43,409 nucleotides of DNA from a virus (IMGVR_UViG_3300020005_000015:1-43409), one strand, 5' to 3'. Positions 17,698 through 27,735 are shown, counted from the first letter of the stretch. Notes: generated by a model not told the origin, from the sequence alone. Numbers and translations: made by a program.

Positions 17698-17958
17698 ATG
17701 GAACGCGAACAGGAAATCCGACGCGAGATACTCCGCAAGCTGACTCAGGTGGGGCCCAGCTATCCGTTGCCTGAAGCGACCCTGCTCCAACACGTGCAGC
17801 TCCTGGTCAAACCGCCGCCCGAGCAACACGAGATCCGAGACCAGATTACCTGGCTCGATGCCCGGCTGCTCATCAGCAGTGTGCCGGCTGTGTTAGGCGG
17901 GCTCAAATACAGGATCACCGAAGCTGGCAAAGCCGAGATCGATCATCTCCCAAAATGA
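17698..17958 (+). CDS. Small winged-helix protein (Mu gp26-like)
   Basis: RREILRKL...IRDQITWLD...YRITEAGK. Confidence 0.7.
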   Translation: MEREQEIRREILRKLTQVGPSYPLPEATLLQHVQLLVKPPPEQHEIRDQITWLDARLLISSVPAVLGGLKYRITEAGKAEIDHLPK

Positions 17959-18509
17959 ATGGGAACCGGATCATGGCGGGAAAACCGAGCATCTTGCTGA
18001 TCGACGACGACGAAGAGGATCGCCTCTTGTTGCGCGCCGCGCTCGGCGAGGCGTTCGAGCTGACCGAGGCCGGCACCATTGTCGATGGCCTCGCCAAGAT
18101 GGCCAAAGGTGCCCCGACCGGAAGGTCCTTTGACCTGGTCCTTCTCGATTTGACCCTGCCGGATTCAGACCGCGAAAGCACTTTGTTCCGCGTGTTGGCC
18201 GAGCATCCGGACCAGCCGCCCGTGATTGTGACCGGTTATGCCGAGCCAGACTTTGTCGAGCGGATGAGCAACCTCGGCGCGCGCGGCTACCTGATCAAAG
18301 GCCGCGACGACAAAGACGGGCAAGTTCTGCTCAGCCGGCTGAACCAATTGCTCAATCATGCCGACTCAGTACGCAAGCTCGGCGAGGCCACCGAGATCAT
18401 CACCAAGACCAAACGGGAACTGGAAACGGATTTTATCTTACGACCCTCACCCCGCACCCCTCTCCCAATGGGAGAGGGGCCAGGGGGTGAGGGTTCATCA
18501 AATGAATGA
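17955..18509 (+). CDS. Stand-alone response-regulator receiver (CheY-like) protein
   Basis: ILLIDDD, DLVLLDLTLPD, VIVTG, GARGYLIK: all canonical receiver residues present. Confidence 0.9.
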   Translation: MNGNRIMAGKPSILLIDDDEEDRLLLRAALGEAFELTEAGTIVDGLAKMAKGAPTGRSFDLVLLDLTLPDSDRESTLFRVLAEHPDQPPVIVTGYAEPDFVERMSNLGARGYLIKGRDDKDGQVLLSRLNQLLNHADSVRKLGEATEIITKTKRELETDFILRPSPRTPLPMGEGPGGEGSSNE

Positions 18510-19112
18510 ATGAGCGCAACCAGAAAACCGCGAGGCGACGCGACGCTCAAGACGCTGCCCGAAGACAGGCAGCGAGAGATCATCGAGCACCTGCGCGCGC
18601 ACAAGATTGCCCAGACCCAGACCTGGCTGGCCGCTCAAGGCGTGGTCACTTCGGTCGGATCGCTCTCGGGCTTTTGGTCCTGGTACTTTGTCAATTCACG
18701 TCTGCGCAACCAACTCAAGGAGGCCGCTTCCATAGCGGACGAACTCAAGAGTGTTCTGTCATCCCTCCCGTCGCTTCACTTGAACGAGGAACAGCTAAAC
18801 CTGGTTGCGCAGACCGCCTTCGAAGTGGACGCAGTCAAGCGGGAAGACTTCGATCAGTTCGTGGCGCTGCGCCAACTCAGGCAGCGCGACCGGAAGCTTT
18901 CCTTGACGCACGCGAGCCAGTCTCTGGACCGCGAAAAATTCGAGCTGCTGGCAGCCGAGCGAATGCTCAGCGAAGCCTTGCGCCATCGCGCGGAGGAAAT
19001 TGCCCACTCCGATTTGTCCAACGCGGACAAGATCGCCGCCATGCGCAAAGCGGCCTTCGCGGACGTGGACGCTCTGCAAGCCTCGGGCGAAGTGCACATC
19101 CCACAGGCATGA
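18510..19112 (+). CDS. Terminase small subunit (Mu gp27-like)
   Basis: RKPRGDATLKTLPEDRQREI N-terminus; directly upstream of TerL. Confidence 0.7.
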   Translation: MSATRKPRGDATLKTLPEDRQREIIEHLRAHKIAQTQTWLAAQGVVTSVGSLSGFWSWYFVNSRLRNQLKEAASIADELKSVLSSLPSLHLNEEQLNLVAQTAFEVDAVKREDFDQFVALRQLRQRDRKLSLTHASQSLDREKFELLAAERMLSEALRHRAEEIAHSDLSNADKIAAMRKAAFADVDALQASGEVHIPQA

Positions 19113-20794
19113 AACGCCAGCGCCGTAAATACCAGCAGGTCGCCCTCGTCGCCGTGCGCGAGGTCCGCCAGATCGCGCTGTTCTGGGCGCGTCGCTGCCG
19201 CAAGTCCACCACGCTCGGCGAAATCGCTTTTGACGAAATGTCCGCGCAGGCCGGTCGCACGGTGATCGCCGCCTCCGCCTCGCTGCTGTTGGGCAAGGAG
19301 ATGGTCGGGATGACCCTGAGCGCGACCGAACAGGCCATGATCTGCGCCCAGGAAGCCGCCGCCGTCCGCGCAGTGTTCGAGGCCGGCGCCGACGAAAAAA
19401 ATCTCGACTTCAAAATCGCTGATGCCGACACCGGCAAAATCCTCAAAGGACTCACCGCCGATGACTACGCCGATCTCTACCGGTCCACCCGGATGGAGAT
19501 GCGCCTCTACTTTTCTCGGACGGCCTACTCCCGCCAGCAGGTCATCGCGCCCAACCCCGCCACTGCCCGCTCCTGGCGCGCCACCGTGTTACGCGACGAG
19601 TGCGGCTATACCCCGCCGCAACTGGAGCAGGAACTTCGCGACGCCACCGATCCCATGATGCGCGACGTGCCGGAGCTGAAGATGATCTACGCCAGCAACC
19701 TCTCGAAAGACGATCGGCATCCCTGGTTCGAGACCACCATGCCGCGGGAGATCACAGCCGGCTCAGAAGAAGAACAGTTCCCCGCAAAGGAGGACGGCCA
19801 CCTCTACATCGGCCAACACGGGATACTCGTTCACCGCGTCGCTCTGAAAGACGCCTACGCCGCCGGCCACCAGCTCTTCGACGATTACGGCAAGCCCATG
19901 ACCTATGGGGAGGCTCGGACTTTTCCTCCGGTCAAATCCGGCTGGGACCCCAGCTACGGCTTAAACCACAAAGCCGGCGGCACGGCCGCCATCGATTTGA
20001 TCGCGATGCTGACCGCGCAACGCCGCGGCGTCGGCCAAGCCGCCTTTATCCACATCTCCGACGATGTGGATTTCCCTGGGGAATATTCACTGGACCGGGA
20101 TCACTCGGACTTTCGCCGGGCGCTCCAGCTCCTGCGCGAGCTTCTCACCAGCGGACCGGTCGGCATCGGCTTCGACGTGGCCAGCACAACCGGCGATACC
20201 AGCAACCCATCAAGCTTCACGCTCACGGAACTGCTCAGTGGCAGTGAGCGTTGCCAGCGGCTGGTCGTCGTCTTCAAGAGCAAGAAGCGGAAAATGATGT
20301 CCGGCCGGCTGCGTGAAATCATCCGGGTCGTTCGACAGCGGCCCGATGGCGGCCCGGCCCGGCGCCTCTGCATTGACAACAGCAACGAGCGGATCGCTGC
20401 CGAGGAAACCAAAGACGATCTGGGTGGGGAGATTCCTGTGGAGTTGGTCTCTGGCGGCAACAACGTCGAGCCCAAGCCGCCGGGCATGGCCGACGAGATC
20501 AACTACAAGACCTACCTTGGGGAGAACTATTCAACGGAGGTCAACGAAGGCCGCTACATACTTGCCCCTGACAAGTACATCAAGGATGACCAACGACTGC
20601 CGCGCAAGGATCAGGGCCGCTTCGTCTGCACTCCCGATCCGGATGGCAAGCACGGCGACACGTTTGATTCGGGCAAACTGGCCGAGCACGCGCTGACGTC
20701 CACGAGCGGGGCCATCGAGAGCGTGGCAGGCATCCGGCTGGCCGCGCCGCGGTTTCGGCCAAGGTTTATCCCCAGGAGGCTGGCGCGCGTATGA
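19109..20794 (+). CDS. Terminase large subunit
   Basis: RKYQ, WARRCRKST (variant Walker A), VLRDE, GIGFDVA, HGDTFDS. Confidence 0.8.
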   Translation: MKRQRRKYQQVALVAVREVRQIALFWARRCRKSTTLGEIAFDEMSAQAGRTVIAASASLLLGKEMVGMTLSATEQAMICAQEAAAVRAVFEAGADEKNLDFKIADADTGKILKGLTADDYADLYRSTRMEMRLYFSRTAYSRQQVIAPNPATARSWRATVLRDECGYTPPQLEQELRDATDPMMRDVPELKMIYASNLSKDDRHPWFETTMPREITAGSEEEQFPAKEDGHLYIGQHGILVHRVALKDAYAAGHQLFDDYGKPMTYGEARTFPPVKSGWDPSYGLNHKAGGTAAIDLIAMLTAQRRGVGQAAFIHISDDVDFPGEYSLDRDHSDFRRALQLLRELLTSGPVGIGFDVASTTGDTSNPSSFTLTELLSGSERCQRLVVVFKSKKRKMMSGRLREIIRVVRQRPDGGPARRLCIDNSNERIAAEETKDDLGGEIPVELVSGGNNVEPKPPGMADEINYKTYLGENYSTEVNEGRYILAPDKYIKDDQRLPRKDQGRFVCTPDPDGKHGDTFDSGKLAEHALTSTSGAIESVAGIRLAAPRFRPRFIPRRLARV

Positions 20795-20920
20795 GGAAAA
20801 CTTTTTCAACCGCAGATGAACGCAGATGGACGCAGATTTATGGCGACTTCCCCATCTGCGTTCATCTGCGTCCATCTGCGGTTAAGTCCCAAACCTACAA
20901 CCCTAAAACGGAGGAACTGC

Positions 20921-21277
20921 ATGAGCACAGTGACCCAAGAGAAAGAGCCAGCCTATTGCGCGTTTTGTCTGGCTCCATTCACGCCCAGACGCGCCCACCA
21001 AAAATACTGTTCGGACCTTTGCCGAGCACAGCACTGGAAGGCCGAGCATCCGCGCCAAGAAATGAAGCTGTGTGCTCAATGCGGAGAACCGGTGCCGCCC
21101 AATCGCAGGTTTTGCTCCGCCAAATGCCGGTTCAAGCATTGGGTCACACCGATCAAGGAATGCGCCCATTGCGGCCAACGCCTCGATCAGAAAAGGCCGC
21201 ACGCGCGGTTCTGCTCGGCGCTGTGTCGGGTCAGACACTACGAGCAGAATAATCCCCATCAAAGGACCTACGCATGA
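20921..21277 (+). CDS. Protein with three CxxC...(Y/F)CSxxC zinc-finger repeats
   Basis: GGAGG RBS; three visible repeats. Confidence 0.75.
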   Translation: MSTVTQEKEPAYCAFCLAPFTPRRAHQKYCSDLCRAQHWKAEHPRQEMKLCAQCGEPVPPNRRFCSAKCRFKHWVTPIKECAHCGQRLDQKRPHARFCSALCRVRHYEQNNPHQRTYA

Positions 21278-21558
21278 CAACCACAGTCCAACGAGGCGAC
21301 CCCGCCAATCAGGACGCTGTCACGATCGGCGATGCCGCGCTGTCTGCCTGGCGAGTAGCCCCAGGGGTTGTATGGGTCCAGACCCGCCTGCCCAAACATG
21401 CCCAGCGGCTCAGCAAACGGTCCGATAGCCGCCTGGTGGTCACCGGTGTAGCCGGCGGCTACCTGCGCACATTCGAGTTCCGCGACAAAACGCTGGGTTG
21501 GGCGCAACGACTCATCGAGCGATACACCAAAAGCGACGAACCCGATCAACTTGACTAA
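21274..21558 (+). CDS. Hypothetical protein
   Basis: Coupled start; globular composition. Confidence 0.6.
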   Translation: MTTTVQRGDPANQDAVTIGDAALSAWRVAPGVVWVQTRLPKHAQRLSKRSDSRLVVTGVAGGYLRTFEFRDKTLGWAQRLIERYTKSDEPDQLD

Positions 21559-21735
21559 GCAAACCCAACTAACAGCCGCCGGCACGCGTTACTACGCTTA
21601 TATTGCGCCACCGTTGGCACCGGGGGACAAAAACCGGGCCGAAGGTGCGGGAAAACGCCCCCAGCCCGCTGCGGCGCCAATGCGCGCGATTGATCCCATT
21701 TTCACCCACCCTTTGCATTCAATTCGAACCGTGAA

Positions 21736-23592
21736 ATGAGACTCCTGGACAATTTGAAGGCTGGTTTGTTTGGAGTACCGAGTTCGGTGTCCACGCTTCA
21801 GCGTGCTCCGGACCCGGACCGGCTAAAGCCGGGACACCAAACGGCCATCCGCGCGGCGGATGCCAGCCCCATCAATCCATCAATCCATCAATCCATCAAT
21901 CCAATCATCCTCCCCTCCGCGCGCGATCGCTGGCAATCGGCCACCATCGCCCAATACACACCGCAGTCGATCCAGAACACCCTGCGCGGCGCCTTAGTCG
22001 GCGGCGACCTGGTCGCAGTCTGGGAACTGTTCAACCTGATGGAGGAGACCTGGCCCGAACTGCTCACCGCCCTGATCGAGCTGAAGGACGACGTTGCCGC
22101 CGCCGATCTGACCGTTCAACCCTGGGCGCTCAAAGGCGAGGAACCGACCCCCGAAGCCCAACGCCGCGCCAAACTATTCGAGCAATCTCTCTGGACGATG
22201 CGGCCGCGTCCGCAATCGGATGAGAACGATCTGCGCGGCACGATCAAAGATCTGCTCGATGCCTGGGGCAAAGGCATCAGCGTCCTGGAAATCGATTGGG
22301 TCCTAGCCGGACGGGCCACTGGGAGCGCCGGCGTCCCGCCGGCGAGTCTCTATGTTCCACGCGACACGCGCTGGATTCACCCCCGCTGCTACGGTTACCC
22401 GGCTGATTCGGCGGAGTTGAAGCTCAACGCGGCGGAGATCGCTCAGCGCTCCGCCGCGACCCTCACCCCCGGCCCCTCTCCCATTGGGAGAGGGGTGAGG
22501 GGTGAGGGTCCAGGTCTCTGGTTAGATTTTCCTCCAGACAAATTCCTGATCGGCATAGCCAAGACCAAGAGCGGCCATCCGATCGGCGGCGCGTTGCTCC
22601 GGGCAATCGCCTGGTGGTGGGCAGCGAGTAACTTCAGCGCCGAATGGCTGCTCAACTTCGCGCAGATATTCGGCCTGCCGATCCGCTGGGCCACATACGA
22701 CCCGGCCCGGCCCGGTCTGCTGGCTGACATTTGCGAGATGCTGGAGAACATGGGCGCATCGGGTTGGGGCGCGTTCCCGGCCGGGACCACACTCGAACTC
22801 AAGGAGGCAGCCAAAGGCGGCACAGGAACATTACCGCAGGAATCCATTTTAGATCGGGCCAATCGCCAGGTGCGCATGTTGATCCTGGGTCAGACCTTGA
22901 CCGGTGACGAAGGCGCCAGCGGCAGCCGCGCGTTGGGCGAGGTCCACGAACGCATCTTGGGCGGACGCAAACGCTCAGCGGCGGATTGGGTGTGCGCGAT
23001 CCTGAGCTACCAACTCGCGCCAGCCTTTTGCCGACTGAACTTCGGGGACGAAGCCGAGTGTCCCTGGGTGCAACCGGCCGAGAGTTCGCCGGCGGAGAAG
23101 CCTTTGGAGATGGCGCAACGGGACGAAATCCTCTCGCGGATCGGCTTCGAGTTCGACGCCCAGGCGGCCTACGAACGGCACAAGCTCCCGCGCCCCGCGC
23201 CAGGCGCCGACCTGATACAGCGGCCGCTTGGTGTCCCGCCTTCAGGCGGTCCCAATGGCAATGGCAATGGATACCGGAACGGAGCGGAAACAGTCCAGGC
23301 CAAGGACGCGACGGATCAACTTGCGGACAAAGTCCTGGAGAATCTGACCGGCGTAAAAGCCAAGTGGCTGGGCGGAGTGAAACCGTTTTTCGTCGGGCTG
23401 ATCGAGGCGGCGCAAAACGACAAGCTCACCGATGCGCAATTCATCCAGGCGCTCGACGCGGCCCGGAAACAAATCCCCGAACTATTCGACGATCTCGATC
23501 ACGACGCGCTCGCCGACGCGATGGAAGAAGCGATGGGCGCGGCCGTGGTCAACGGCGCCGTGAAAGGCGCAATGCAGCGGAAACTGAAATGA
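21736..23592 (+). CDS. Portal protein (Mu gp29/DUF935-like)
   Basis: LLDAWGKGISVLEIDW, WLLNFAQIFGLPIRWATY, ILGQTLT...GSRALGEVH. Confidence 0.92.
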   Translation: MRLLDNLKAGLFGVPSSVSTLQRAPDPDRLKPGHQTAIRAADASPINPSIHQSINPIILPSARDRWQSATIAQYTPQSIQNTLRGALVGGDLVAVWELFNLMEETWPELLTALIELKDDVAAADLTVQPWALKGEEPTPEAQRRAKLFEQSLWTMRPRPQSDENDLRGTIKDLLDAWGKGISVLEIDWVLAGRATGSAGVPPASLYVPRDTRWIHPRCYGYPADSAELKLNAAEIAQRSAATLTPGPSPIGRGVRGEGPGLWLDFPPDKFLIGIAKTKSGHPIGGALLRAIAWWWAASNFSAEWLLNFAQIFGLPIRWATYDPARPGLLADICEMLENMGASGWGAFPAGTTLELKEAAKGGTGTLPQESILDRANRQVRMLILGQTLTGDEGASGSRALGEVHERILGGRKRSAADWVCAILSYQLAPAFCRLNFGDEAECPWVQPAESSPAEKPLEMAQRDEILSRIGFEFDAQAAYERHKLPRPAPGADLIQRPLGVPPSGGPNGNGNGYRNGAETVQAKDATDQLADKVLENLTGVKAKWLGGVKPFFVGLIEAAQNDKLTDAQFIQALDAARKQIPELFDDLDHDALADAMEEAMGAAVVNGAVKGAMQRKLK

Positions 23593-23695
23593 AATTAACC
23601 GCAGAGAACGCAAAGAACACAAAGAAAGAACGGCAACGTGGCATGCCGATCCCTCTCTGCGTTCTCTGCGTTCTTTGCGGTAAAATTTTTCGGCC

Positions 23696-24286
23696 ATGAT
23701 CAGCGTCAAAGTAGATACCACGCACGCTCGCGTTTACATCGCGAACATCCTCGCGCAGGCGCGCCGGCCCGTCGGCATCCTGATGGTCGCCGGCCGGGCC
23801 GTGGGCAACCTGCTCAAGAAATGGTACCGCCAACGCGATCGCGAGCAGCCTAACCGGCTCGGCGGACCGCGCACCCATTTCTGGCTTGAAGTCGCCGGCA
23901 GCGTGCAAGCCCCCGTTGTCGCAGGCGACACCAGTGTCACCGTGGCGATCAGTCATCCGGTCATCGCCCAGAAGATCTTCGGCGGCACCATCCGCGCTAA
24001 GCGCGCCGGCCTGCTCACCATCCCGCAGACACCCGAAGCCTACGGACGCACCGCGGCGACCTTCGAGAAGGAGACCGGTCTCACGCTGATTTTCCTGAAG
24101 CAAAACGATCACGCGATTTTGGCCAGCCGCGCTCAAGGCCAGGGATTGACCGTGCAATACGTCCTGGTCCCGAGTGTGCATCAGGACCCGGACCCGAAGG
24201 CACTCCCGCCCGAGGACCAGATGGAACAAGCAGCCCTCACCGCGGCGGACAAAGCGCTCCAGCGCCAACTCGAACAACCCACATGA
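23696..24286 (+). CDS. Virion morphogenesis / tail completion protein (Mu gpG-like)
   Basis: FGGTIRAKRAGLLTIP; position between portal and protease. Confidence 0.7.
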   Translation: MISVKVDTTHARVYIANILAQARRPVGILMVAGRAVGNLLKKWYRQRDREQPNRLGGPRTHFWLEVAGSVQAPVVAGDTSVTVAISHPVIAQKIFGGTIRAKRAGLLTIPQTPEAYGRTAATFEKETGLTLIFLKQNDHAILASRAQGQGLTVQYVLVPSVHQDPDPKALPPEDQMEQAALTAADKALQRQLEQPT

Positions 24287-24415
24287 TTTGCGATTTACGA
24301 TTTACGATTTACGATTTGAGCCTTCCGAGGCACCGCAACGGGCCGCTTGGAGTCCCGCCTTCAGGCGGTCCCGCTTTCCATCTGCGTCCATCCGCGTCCA
24401 TCTGCGGTTAAAAAA

Positions 24416-25501
24416 ATGAACACCAACGATTCTCAAATCTGGGCCCGCGATGCGCTGAGCCTGTCACTGCCTCTGGGCGGCGCCACGGTCCCGACTGACA
24501 TCCAATGGATGCCGCCAGGCGAACACGAAATCACCGCATTGAAAGAAGGCGAGCCGGTGACACTCAAAGTGAGCGTCCACGCCGGAACGGCGGAGCGGAT
24601 GAACCGGCTGCTGCAAGACCTGCGCGCCAAAGCCGCCGCCGGTTTGGGCGATTATCCCTACTTCGATTTCAATCATGAGGACGGCGAAGCCAGTGGGCGT
24701 CCTCTGGAATTTTACTGGGCGGGTGATGATCCAAAGACCGGTGGGGTGCGCGCCAAGGCCGAGTGGTCCGATCGGACCCAACAATCTCTCTCCGGCAAAG
24801 TGCCGGGCTTCCGCAGATTTTCTCCCTCGTTCACCGTGAACGCGGACGGGGAGGTTACCGGAGCGCCGCTCAACATGGGCGGCCTGGTCAACCGCGCAGC
24901 GTTCAAAACCATCCAACCCATCGTCGCCGCCGGACCGCCTAAAGGCGGGACTCCAAACGGGGACCAACGAAAGGCAAATATGGACGCCGAGAAACTGGCG
25001 GCCGACCTGGCCGCCGCACAAAACAAGATCATCGACCTGGAGCGCAAGCTCACAGCCGCCGATGCCACCACCACGATCGCGGCCAAAGACGCCGAGATCA
25101 CAACCCTCAAAGGCACGATCACCACCCTGCAAGGCAAGATCGCCAGTGGCGCGAAGGAATCGGCCAAGGCAATCGTCGATGCCGCTGTGAAGGCCGGCAA
25201 GCTGGCGCCGCAAGCAAGCGCGCTGCACGAGAAATGGATCAACGCGATTGCCGTCGATCCCGCCCTGGCCGAGACGCTGACATCGATGCCAGCCAATCCC
25301 GCCCTGGGCACAGTCATCCACGACGGCAGCACCGGAGCGCCGGCCTCCGGCACGGCGCAGGAGCACCAGTTCATCGTGAAAGCGAAAGCATTCGCCGCGC
25401 AACAGAAGATCACCTTCGCCGATGCCACCATGCAAATCGCCGGCGCCGAGCCTGCGCTCTACGAGGATTACCGCCGCAGCCTGGCCGTCGCGGCGAAATA
25501 A
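24416..25501 (+). CDS. Prohead protease/scaffold (Mu gpI/Z-like); internal scaffold start probably 24980
   Basis: IQWMPPG, YFDFNHE, RRFSPSF, GGLVNRAAF, then a coiled coil. Confidence 0.88.
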   Translation: MNTNDSQIWARDALSLSLPLGGATVPTDIQWMPPGEHEITALKEGEPVTLKVSVHAGTAERMNRLLQDLRAKAAAGLGDYPYFDFNHEDGEASGRPLEFYWAGDDPKTGGVRAKAEWSDRTQQSLSGKVPGFRRFSPSFTVNADGEVTGAPLNMGGLVNRAAFKTIQPIVAAGPPKGGTPNGDQRKANMDAEKLAADLAAAQNKIIDLERKLTAADATTTIAAKDAEITTLKGTITTLQGKIASGAKESAKAIVDAAVKAGKLAPQASALHEKWINAIAVDPALAETLTSMPANPALGTVIHDGSTGAPASGTAQEHQFIVKAKAFAAQQKITFADATMQIAGAEPALYEDYRRSLAVAAK

Positions 25502-25642
25502 AAAAATGAAAACAACCGCAGATGAACGCAGATGGACGCAGATTAAAAAAGGGAGCCGGGACGGCTCGACGCTCCGCGTCCTCTTCTATCTGCGTCCATC
25601 TGCGTCTATCTGCGGTTAAAAAAAACTCCTAAAAAAAAACCT

Positions 25643-26026
25643 ATGGGAAAAGAAACCTACATTGACGCGCGCTACGCGGCGTTTGAAGCGGCTGTGCCTG
25701 CCGACCTGGCCGGCAAGGAAGACTACTACGTCGAGATCGTCGCCGGCACGCGGACCATCCAACTCTACAACGCCGGCGTTGCCATCGGCGTGCTCACGGA
25801 GCGGCTGCAAGGCAGCGGCACCTGGAGCGTGCGCCTGCTCGGCTGCGGCGGCACCTACCGCGCGCGCGCCAACGGCGCCATCGCGCACCTGGCCGACGTG
25901 AAGGCCGAGGCCGGCGGCAAAGCGGTCGATCAAGCCGGCGCTGGCCGCGCGCTCGGCTACCTCATCAGCCCGGTCGCCGGCGCCGTAGCCGGGGACGTGT
26001 GCGAGATCCTCGACGTGCTCGCCTGA
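25643..26026 (+). CDS. Capsid cement/decoration protein
   Basis: Small Ala/Gly-rich beta protein between scaffold and capsid genes. Confidence 0.65.
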   Translation: MGKETYIDARYAAFEAAVPADLAGKEDYYVEIVAGTRTIQLYNAGVAIGVLTERLQGSGTWSVRLLGCGGTYRARANGAIAHLADVKAEAGGKAVDQAGAGRALGYLISPVAGAVAGDVCEILDVLA

Positions 26027-26163
26027 AGAAAAATCTGAAGGCTAAATGCTAAATTCTAAAAAACAAATTCCGCCGGAGGCGGGCTGTTCACTTCAGCCTT
26101 CAGCCTTCAGCCGTTAGCCTTTCTGACAGCCCATCCAATAATCCAATAAACCACCAATCCACT

Positions 26164-27102
26164 ATGATCAGTACAGCTACCACCAACCCGGTCATGACCG
26201 GCCATGCCGTGCAGTTCATGCGCGACTCCGCCGGCTACGTCGGCTTGCTCTTGCTGCCCGTCTTTCCCAGCGCCGAGCAAAGCTCCGATTACTACATCTG
26301 GAAACGCGAGAACGCCCTGGACGTGCCCACCAACATCCGGCACGCGCCAGGCGCGGTCTTCGCCCGCAGCGTCCCCAAGATCGCCGACGACAGCTACGCC
26401 TGCCGCGATTACGGCACCGAACAACCTGTGCCCGACGAAATCCGCCGGAAGTACGTCAACTACATCGACGCGGACATCTCGGCCATACGGCGCAACACCG
26501 ACATCATCAAAATCAATCACGAGCTGCGCGCGCACACGCTGGCCACTTCCGCCGCCGTGCCCAACGCCGGCGTCGCGACTAAATGGGACAATCCGAACTC
26601 CGATCCCAAAGGCGACGTGAACACCGCCAAGGAAGCCATCCGCAAAAATTGCGGCCGCCGCCCCACGCTGATGATCATCAACGAGGCTGTGCGGCTCGTG
26701 CTCTCCGTGCACCCGGTCATTGCCGAGCGGGTGAAGTACACCCAGACCGGCATTACGAGCCTGCAATTGCTCGCGGCCTACTTCGAAGTGCCGCGGATCG
26801 CCGTGGCCGAGCAAGTGATCAACACCGCCCAGGAAGGCCAGGCCCTCACGCCAGCCGACATCTGGGCCGACGACGTCATCCTCGCGCACGTGAATCCCGC
26901 CCGCGATCTGATGGTGCCGACTTTCGGCCGGACGTTTTTCTGGTCGGACTTCGGGAGCATCGGCGCGGACGACGTGCCGATCCAGATCGTCAGCTACCGG
27001 GATGAACCGGTGGCGAGCGACGTGCATCGAGCGCGGCATTTCACCGATGAGAAGCTGGTGTTCGATCTCGCGGGTTACCGCATCAACGACGTTTTGACCT
27101 AA
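26164..27102 (+). CDS. Major capsid protein
   Basis: 312 aa; KWDNPNSDPKGDV, RPTLMII, IWADDVIL, PTFGRTF; position. Confidence 0.85.
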   Translation: MISTATTNPVMTGHAVQFMRDSAGYVGLLLLPVFPSAEQSSDYYIWKRENALDVPTNIRHAPGAVFARSVPKIADDSYACRDYGTEQPVPDEIRRKYVNYIDADISAIRRNTDIIKINHELRAHTLATSAAVPNAGVATKWDNPNSDPKGDVNTAKEAIRKNCGRRPTLMIINEAVRLVLSVHPVIAERVKYTQTGITSLQLLAAYFEVPRIAVAEQVINTAQEGQALTPADIWADDVILAHVNPARDLMVPTFGRTFFWSDFGSIGADDVPIQIVSYRDEPVASDVHRARHFTDEKLVFDLAGYRINDVLT

Positions 27103-27258
27103 CACACTGAGAAAACTTTTCTTAACCGCAGATGAACGCAGATGAACGCAGATTAAGAAACAGAGCCGTGGACGGCTCGGAGACGCTCCGCGTCTTCCAT
27201 CTGCGTCTATCTGCGTCCATCTGCGGTTAAAAAGGTTCTTCCTAACCCACTGACCAAA

Positions 27259-27735
27259 ATGAAAACACTGTTCAAGAATCCGATCCCTCTGCTGCTGATC
27301 ACGGCCTTCGCGGTCACGCTCGCGCTGCCATTCCTGCCGCGGCCAATCATTGCGCACGCGCAGATGCTGACCTACAAAGCGACCCAGTTCACCACGACCA
27401 ACGTGCTGCAAGCCGCGACCACCTACATCGTCGCGGCCAACTCAATCGACATCACCAAAGATCGGGGCATTGGCTTGACCGCCTCGCTCACTCCAGGTGC
27501 TGTGACCAATGTGGCCACGCTCAACTTCCACGTCTCGCCCGACGGGACCAATTGGGCCTGGTCCACGCCGCACGTGCTGACGCTGAACCTCACGAGCGTC
27601 GGGACCAACTACGTGCTCGCCACCAACCTCGGCCCGGCTGTGCTGAACAACTTCAAGAGCATCCGGCTCTATTCGATCGTCACGGCCAACACGAACCTGC
27701 TGACTAACTCGGTCTGGTGGTCGCAACGATACTAA
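27259..27735 (+). CDS. Signal-peptide-bearing Thr/Asn-rich beta protein
   Basis: MKTLFK + hydrophobic stretch + AHA; SPDGTNW motif. Confidence 0.75.
   Translation: MKTLFKNPIPLLLITAFAVTLALPFLPRPIIAHAQMLTYKATQFTTTNVLQAATTYIVAANSIDITKDRGIGLTASLTPGAVTNVATLNFHVSPDGTNWAWSTPHVLTLNLTSVGTNYVLATNLGPAVLNNFKSIRLYSIVTANTNLLTNSVWWSQRY

Larger units (their letters stand above)
11941..27230. repeat. Family B: 10-mer-period inverted arms AACCGCAGATGAACGCAGAT...ATCTGCGTCCATCTGCGGTT (5 dispersed copies)
   Basis: 11941-11972 (left arm only), 20806-20885, 24380-24411 (right arm only), 25514-25619, 27122-27230. Confidence 0.95.

Noticed and set aside
18506-19108. N-terminal 200 aa of the 762-aa ORF as part of TerL
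   Set aside because: It overlaps terS in another frame; the real start is probably the coupled ATG at 19109.
24287-24415. Anti-CRISPR locus at the gpG-protease junction, as in some Mu-like Pseudomonas phages
   Set aside because: The interval contains only three repeat elements and a repeat-derived mini-ORF.
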